In this document: positions 34,579 to 38,243 of the stretch, in pieces
Layout: each line of letters opens with the position of its first letter
Numbering within the stretch: the stretch's first letter is position 1
Assembly (NCBI GenBank): GCA_041496385.1
Contig: JBGQEL010000035.1
Coordinates: 1-38,243 of the forward strand
Reading direction: 5' to 3'
DNA: 38,243 bases
Origin: Candidatus Methylomirabilia bacterium
GTDB lineage: Bacteria; Methylomirabilota; Methylomirabilia; Rokubacteriales; CSP1-6
The notes under the pieces: generated by a model
Database searches by the model: none
What the model was told of the DNA's origin: nothing
Seen by the model: the letters and a program-made list of their open reading frames with translations, nothing else
Translations under genes and position numbers: made by a program

Positions 34579-34611
34579 TTGAAGGAATCGCGCAAGTACG
34601 CCGGGCCGGGC

Positions 34612-35319
34612 TCAGACGCCCAGGAAGCGCTGCTGGATCGCGGGCTCGCGCCGGAGGGCGTCGGGGGTGCCCTCGAACTGGATACGCCCCTGGTCCATCA
34701 CGTAGAGGCGGTGCGAGAGCGTCATCGCCACCTCCAGGGTCTGCTCGACGAGGAGGACCGTCGTCCCGCGCCGATTGATCTCGCCGAGGATCCGCGTGAG
34801 GTGCTCGACCAGGAGCGGCGCGAGCCCCTCCGTCGGCTCGTCCACGAGCATGAGCCGAGGCCGCGCGACGAGGCCGCGCGCGATCGCGAGCATCTGCTGC
34901 TCGCCGCCCGAGAGGAAGCGTCCCTTGTGGTCGATGCGCTCGCGCAGGCGCGGGAAGAACTCGAGGATCTCGTCCACGCCCGCGCCGCCGGCGCCCCGGC
35001 CCGAGCCGAGCACGCCCAGTCGCAAGTTCTCGAGCACCGTGAGGTTCGGCAGCACGCGGCGCTCCTCGGGCACCCAGGCGATGCCGCGCCGGGCGATCTC
35101 GTGCGGGCCGAGCCCCGCGACGTCCTCGCCGGCGAAGCGGACGCGCCCGCGCCGCGGGCGGACGACGCCCATGAGCGCGAGGAGGGTCGTCGTCTTGCCC
35201 GCGCCGTTCCGGCCGATGAGCGTCACCACCTCGCCGTCGCCCACCTCGAGCGAGACGCCCTGCAGGACGTGCGCCTCGCCGTAGTAGGCGTGGAGGTCGG
35301 CGACCTCGAGCAGCGCCAT
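34612..35319 (-). CDS. livF: ABC transporter ATP-binding protein, LivF-like
   Basis: GRNGAGKTT, VPEERR, LSGGEQQML, DEPTEGLAP. Confidence 0.92.
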   Translation of the reverse strand: MALLEVADLHAYYGEAHVLQGVSLEVGDGEVVTLIGRNGAGKTTTLLALMGVVRPRRGRVRFAGEDVAGLGPHEIARRGIAWVPEERRVLPNLTVLENLRLGVLGSGRGAGGAGVDEILEFFPRLRERIDHKGRFLSGGEQQMLAIARGLVARPRLMLVDEPTEGLAPLLVEHLTRILGEINRRGTTVLLVEQTLEVAMTLSHRLYVMDQGRIQFEGTPDALRREPAIQQRFLGV

Positions 35320-36071
35320 CAGGCGCGCGTCGCGCCGAGGTAGGTCCGCTGCACGAGCGCGTTCGCCCGGATCTCCTCGGGCGTGCCGTCGGCGAGCACC
35401 TGCCCCTGGTGGAGGACGGTGATCCGGTCCGAGATCTTCATCACGAGCTTCATCTTGTGCTCGACGAGCACGATCGTCCGCCCCGCGGCGAGCGCGCGGA
35501 TCAGCACCATCGTCTCGTCGGTCTCCTCCGGGCTCATGCCCGCGGTGGGCTCGTCGAGGAGGAGGAGCGCCGGGTCCGAGGCGAGCGCGATGGCCAGCTC
35601 GAGGTGGCGCTTCTCGCCGTGCGAGAGGTGGGCGGCGAGGAGGTCGGCCTTGGGCCCGAGCCCGACCGTGGTGAGCAGCTCGTGGGCCCGCGCGCGCGGC
35701 GCCGCGAGCGCGGCGGCGCGCGACCAGAAGTCGAACGAGCGGCGGTGGCCCTGCGCCGCCACGCGGACGTTCTCGAACACGCTGAGGTGCGGAAACACGT
35801 TGGTGATCTGGTACGACTTCGCGAGCCCGAGGCGCGAGACCGCGTGCTGCGGCAGGCCGGTCACGTCGCGCCCGCGGAACCAGATGCGGCCGCCCGTCGG
35901 CGCCACCTCGCCGGAGATCAGCTTGAAGAAGGTCGTCTTCCCCGCGCCGTTCGGACCGATGATCGAGCGCAGCTCGCCCTCGGCGACCACGAGGCTCACG
36001 CGATCCACCGCGAGGAGGCTGCCGTAGCTCCGCGAGAGCGCCTCGGTGCGGAGCAGGGGGGGCCCGGCCAT
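35319..36071 (-). CDS. livG: ABC transporter ATP-binding protein, LivG-like
   Basis: GPNGAGKTT, KSYQIT, LSHGEKR, LLDEPTAGMS, VEHKM. Confidence 0.92.
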   Translation of the reverse strand: MAGPPLLRTEALSRSYGSLLAVDRVSLVVAEGELRSIIGPNGAGKTTFFKLISGEVAPTGGRIWFRGRDVTGLPQHAVSRLGLAKSYQITNVFPHLSVFENVRVAAQGHRRSFDFWSRAAALAAPRARAHELLTTVGLGPKADLLAAHLSHGEKRHLELAIALASDPALLLLDEPTAGMSPEETDETMVLIRALAAGRTIVLVEHKMKLVMKISDRITVLHQGQVLADGTPEEIRANALVQRTYLGATRA

Positions 36072-36080
36072 CAGCGGCTG

Positions 36081-36131
36081 AGTATCACGCCGGCTTTCGG
36101 CGTGTCAAGGCAGCCGGCGCCGTGCTATCGT
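36081..36131. promoter_or_regulatory. Divergent promoters with a spacer palindrome
   Basis: Minus strand: TTGACA-N16-GATACT containing CACGCCG-N5-CGGCGTG (36086-36104). Plus strand: TGC-TATCGT 7 nt before GTG 36139. Confidence 0.5.
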
Positions 36132-36138
36132 CGGCGCC

Positions 36139-37317
36139 GTGTTCCCGCTCCCGCCGCTGAGCGACGCGCAGCGCTCGATCATCGAGCGCGCGGCCGTGCT
36201 GGCGCGCGAGCGCTTCGCGCCGCGCGCCGCCACCCACGACGCCGAGTCCTCGTTTCCCTACGAGAACTACGCCGATCTCCACCGGGCGGGGCTCCTCGCC
36301 CTCGCCGTCCCCAAGGCGTACGGCGGCGTCGGCGCCGACCCGATCGCCTACGCCCACGCGCTCCGCGAGATCGCCAAGGGGTGCGCGGCGACGGCCCTGA
36401 CCTTCAACATGCACTCGACCGTCACGACGTTCGTGGCGGCGCTCGGCACCGAGGCGCAGCAGCGGCGCTACTTCGCGGAGATCGTCGAGCGCGGCCGGCT
36501 CTTCGCCTCGATCACGAGCGAGCCCGAGCAGAGCTTCCGCGACAAGTTCGTCCTCAACACCGTCTTCCGTCGGGTCGCGGGCGGCGACTACCACGTGGCG
36601 GGGGTCAAGCAGTTCTGCTCGCTCGGCGACGCGGCCGACTACTACTTCGTCACCGGGATCGTCGAGGGCGCGACGACGGCGAAGGACGGCGTGATCTCGG
36701 CGCTGATCCCCCGGACGGCGGCGGGCATCAAGATCGAGGGCGTCTGGAACGCGACCGGCATGCGCGGGACGATCAGCCACACGATCCGCTACGACTCGAC
36801 GGTGGGCGCGGACAGCGTCATCGGCACGCCGGGCTCGCTCCTCTCGATCGACCTCTCGGGCTTCGCGCTCGGCTACGCCGCCGTCTACCTCGGCATCGGC
36901 GAGGCGGCGTTCGAGTTCATGGTCGAGTACGCGAAGACGAAGACGCTGCGCCCCTCGACCGAGCCCATGGCTCACCACCCGCTCGTCCAGCGCACGGTCG
37001 CCGAGACGGGCACGGCGATCCGCGCGGCCCGCCTGCTCCTCCACGACGCCGCGCGCATCCGGATGGCCGGCGACAAGGAGGCCACGATGCTCGCCGTCAA
37101 CCAGGCGAAGACCTACTGCGCCGACGTCGGCCTGCTGGCGACCGAGAAGGCGCTCCGGCTGGCGGGCGGGCGCGGCATCCTGAAGGAGCTGCCGCTCGAG
37201 CGCTGGCACCGGGACGCACTCGCGGGCCCGGTCATGCCGCCCTCCAACGACCGCTGCCTCGAGACCGCGGGCAAGCTGCTCTGCGGCCTGCGCGCCGCGA
37301 CGCTCGAGTTCCAGTAG
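36139..37317 (+). CDS. Acyl-CoA dehydrogenase-fold flavoprotein (paralog of 29711..30901)
   Basis: VPKAYGG.G, TSEP, GVKQFCS, WNATGMRGTIS, LERWHRDA, VMPP. Confidence 0.88.
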   Translation: MFPLPPLSDAQRSIIERAAVLARERFAPRAATHDAESSFPYENYADLHRAGLLALAVPKAYGGVGADPIAYAHALREIAKGCAATALTFNMHSTVTTFVAALGTEAQQRRYFAEIVERGRLFASITSEPEQSFRDKFVLNTVFRRVAGGDYHVAGVKQFCSLGDAADYYFVTGIVEGATTAKDGVISALIPRTAAGIKIEGVWNATGMRGTISHTIRYDSTVGADSVIGTPGSLLSIDLSGFALGYAAVYLGIGEAAFEFMVEYAKTKTLRPSTEPMAHHPLVQRTVAETGTAIRAARLLLHDAARIRMAGDKEATMLAVNQAKTYCADVGLLATEKALRLAGGRGILKELPLERWHRDALAGPVMPPSNDRCLETAGKLLCGLRAATLEFQ

Positions 37318-37324
37318 CGCCCCG

Positions 37325-37780
37325 TCAGGCGCGGATCAGCCCCGCGCAGCGGCGCGCGGTGCAGCGGCAGCGGAACCTCAGGAGCGGCCGGTACTGCGCG
37401 TCGTTCTGGTCCAGGACCGGCCGGTAGTCACACGTGATCTCCTCGCCCTTCCGGATCGGCCGGAGCGCGACCGCCGTGAGCGCGAGCCCGCCGCGACGAT
37501 CGCCGGCGTTCGGCGCGCAGGAGTGGTTCATGTAGAAGCCGAGGCCGATCCGCCGCCGGCTCGACGGCACGAGGTAGTAGCCGTGCTCGATGTAGAAGCA
37601 GAAGCGCCGGAACCAGCGCGGCAACTTCTCGATTTTGCGGTAGGGGAGGACGGCGCCCGCCGAGACCGTGAGGACCTCGCCCCTCCGGATCGCGCGCGTG
37701 GCGAAGACGCCGACCTCGCCGTGGTTCACCCTGTGGAGCGCGAGCTTCGCGCTGTGGTAGGAGCCGCTCACGTACGGCAC
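37325..37780 (-). CDS. SET-domain protein (putative lysine methyltransferase) with post-SET Cys
   Basis: GVFATRAI..GE, MNHSCAPN, ALRPI.KGEEITCDY, CRC....C. Confidence 0.9.
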   Translation of the reverse strand: MPYVSGSYHSAKLALHRVNHGEVGVFATRAIRRGEVLTVSAGAVLPYRKIEKLPRWFRRFCFYIEHGYYLVPSSRRRIGLGFYMNHSCAPNAGDRRGGLALTAVALRPIRKGEEITCDYRPVLDQNDAQYRPLLRFRCRCTARRCAGLIRA

Positions 37781-37864
37781 CGGATGGCCTCGGAGCTACG
37801 CTCGTCGGTCGGGGTCGCCCATGGCGGCACACAAGGTACGGCAACACCCCGCCCATTTCAATCG

Positions 37865-38243
37865 CTACGGGCGGACGATCAGGTCGATCTCGACGAGCGC
37901 GCCCAGCGCCAGCCCCGTGACGCCGACGGTCGTGCGGGCGGGATAGCGCCCCGGCGCGAAGAGGCCGGCGTAGACGCCGTTCACGGCCTGGTAGTCGGCG
38001 AAGTTGACCAGGTAGATCCGAGCCATCGCCGCGCGCTCGAGCGTCGTGCCCGCGCCGCGCAGCACGGTGCGGAGGTTCTCCATGACCTGGCGCGCCTCCG
38101 GGAGGACGCCGCCCGGGACGAGCGCGCCCGTCTGCGGATCCACGCCGAGCTGGCCGGTGACGAACAGGAGGTCGCCCGCGCGCACGGCGTGGCTGTACGC
38201 GGCGGTCGGCGAACGCCGCGCGACCCGGCCCGCGGGGGGCGGG
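37865..38243 (-). CDS. RidA-family enamine/imine deaminase (5' end probably outside the window)
   Basis: YSHAVRAGDLLFVTGQ, PARTTV (catalytic Arg present), LVEID. Confidence 0.85.
   Translation of the reverse strand, partial: PPPAGRVARRSPTAAYSHAVRAGDLLFVTGQLGVDPQTGALVPGGVLPEARQVMENLRTVLRGAGTTLERAAMARIYLVNFADYQAVNGVYAGLFAPGRYPARTTVGVTGLALGALVEIDLIVRP

Noticed and set aside
37796..37798. Pyrrolysine read-through of the in-frame TAG upstream of the SET gene
   Set aside because: No pyl genes in view, the position is non-catalytic, and the downstream GTG has its own RBS.

Overview
Very GC-rich, gene-dense bacterial chromosomal segment of about 40 genes. The composition and gene content resemble Ca. 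Rokubacteria/Methylomirabilota, but that is inference only. It contains tRNA-Ala(GGC); one complete and two partial Liv-type ABC transporter loci; a probably lanthanide-dependent PQQ alcohol dehydrogenase cluster with an XoxJ/MoxJ-cytochrome c fusion; an orphan molybdo-hydroxylase large subunit; and many catabolic enzymes (dehalogenase-like hydrolase, extradiol dioxygenase-like VOC, two acyl-CoA-dehydrogenase-fold paralogs, epoxide hydrolase, PLP decarboxylase). It also encodes a GGDEF protein and a SET-domain protein. The main signal missed by the ORF track is two probable selenoprotein genes. One is an ArsC/Spx-fold protein with U-P-T-C (632..967 +), coupled to a response regulator. The other is a tandem AhpD/CMD protein with C-G-Y-U-x-x-x-H (10680..11486 -). 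Each has an in-frame UGA at a catalytic Cys position and a SECIS-like hairpin starting 13-14 nt after the UGA. Also missed are two small proteins (a Cys-rich zinc finger and a Lys-rich basic protein), a MITE-like element flanked by CTAG, an internally deleted aminotransferase, and many apparently leaderless promoters. All protein calls come from motif recognition by eye, not from database searches.
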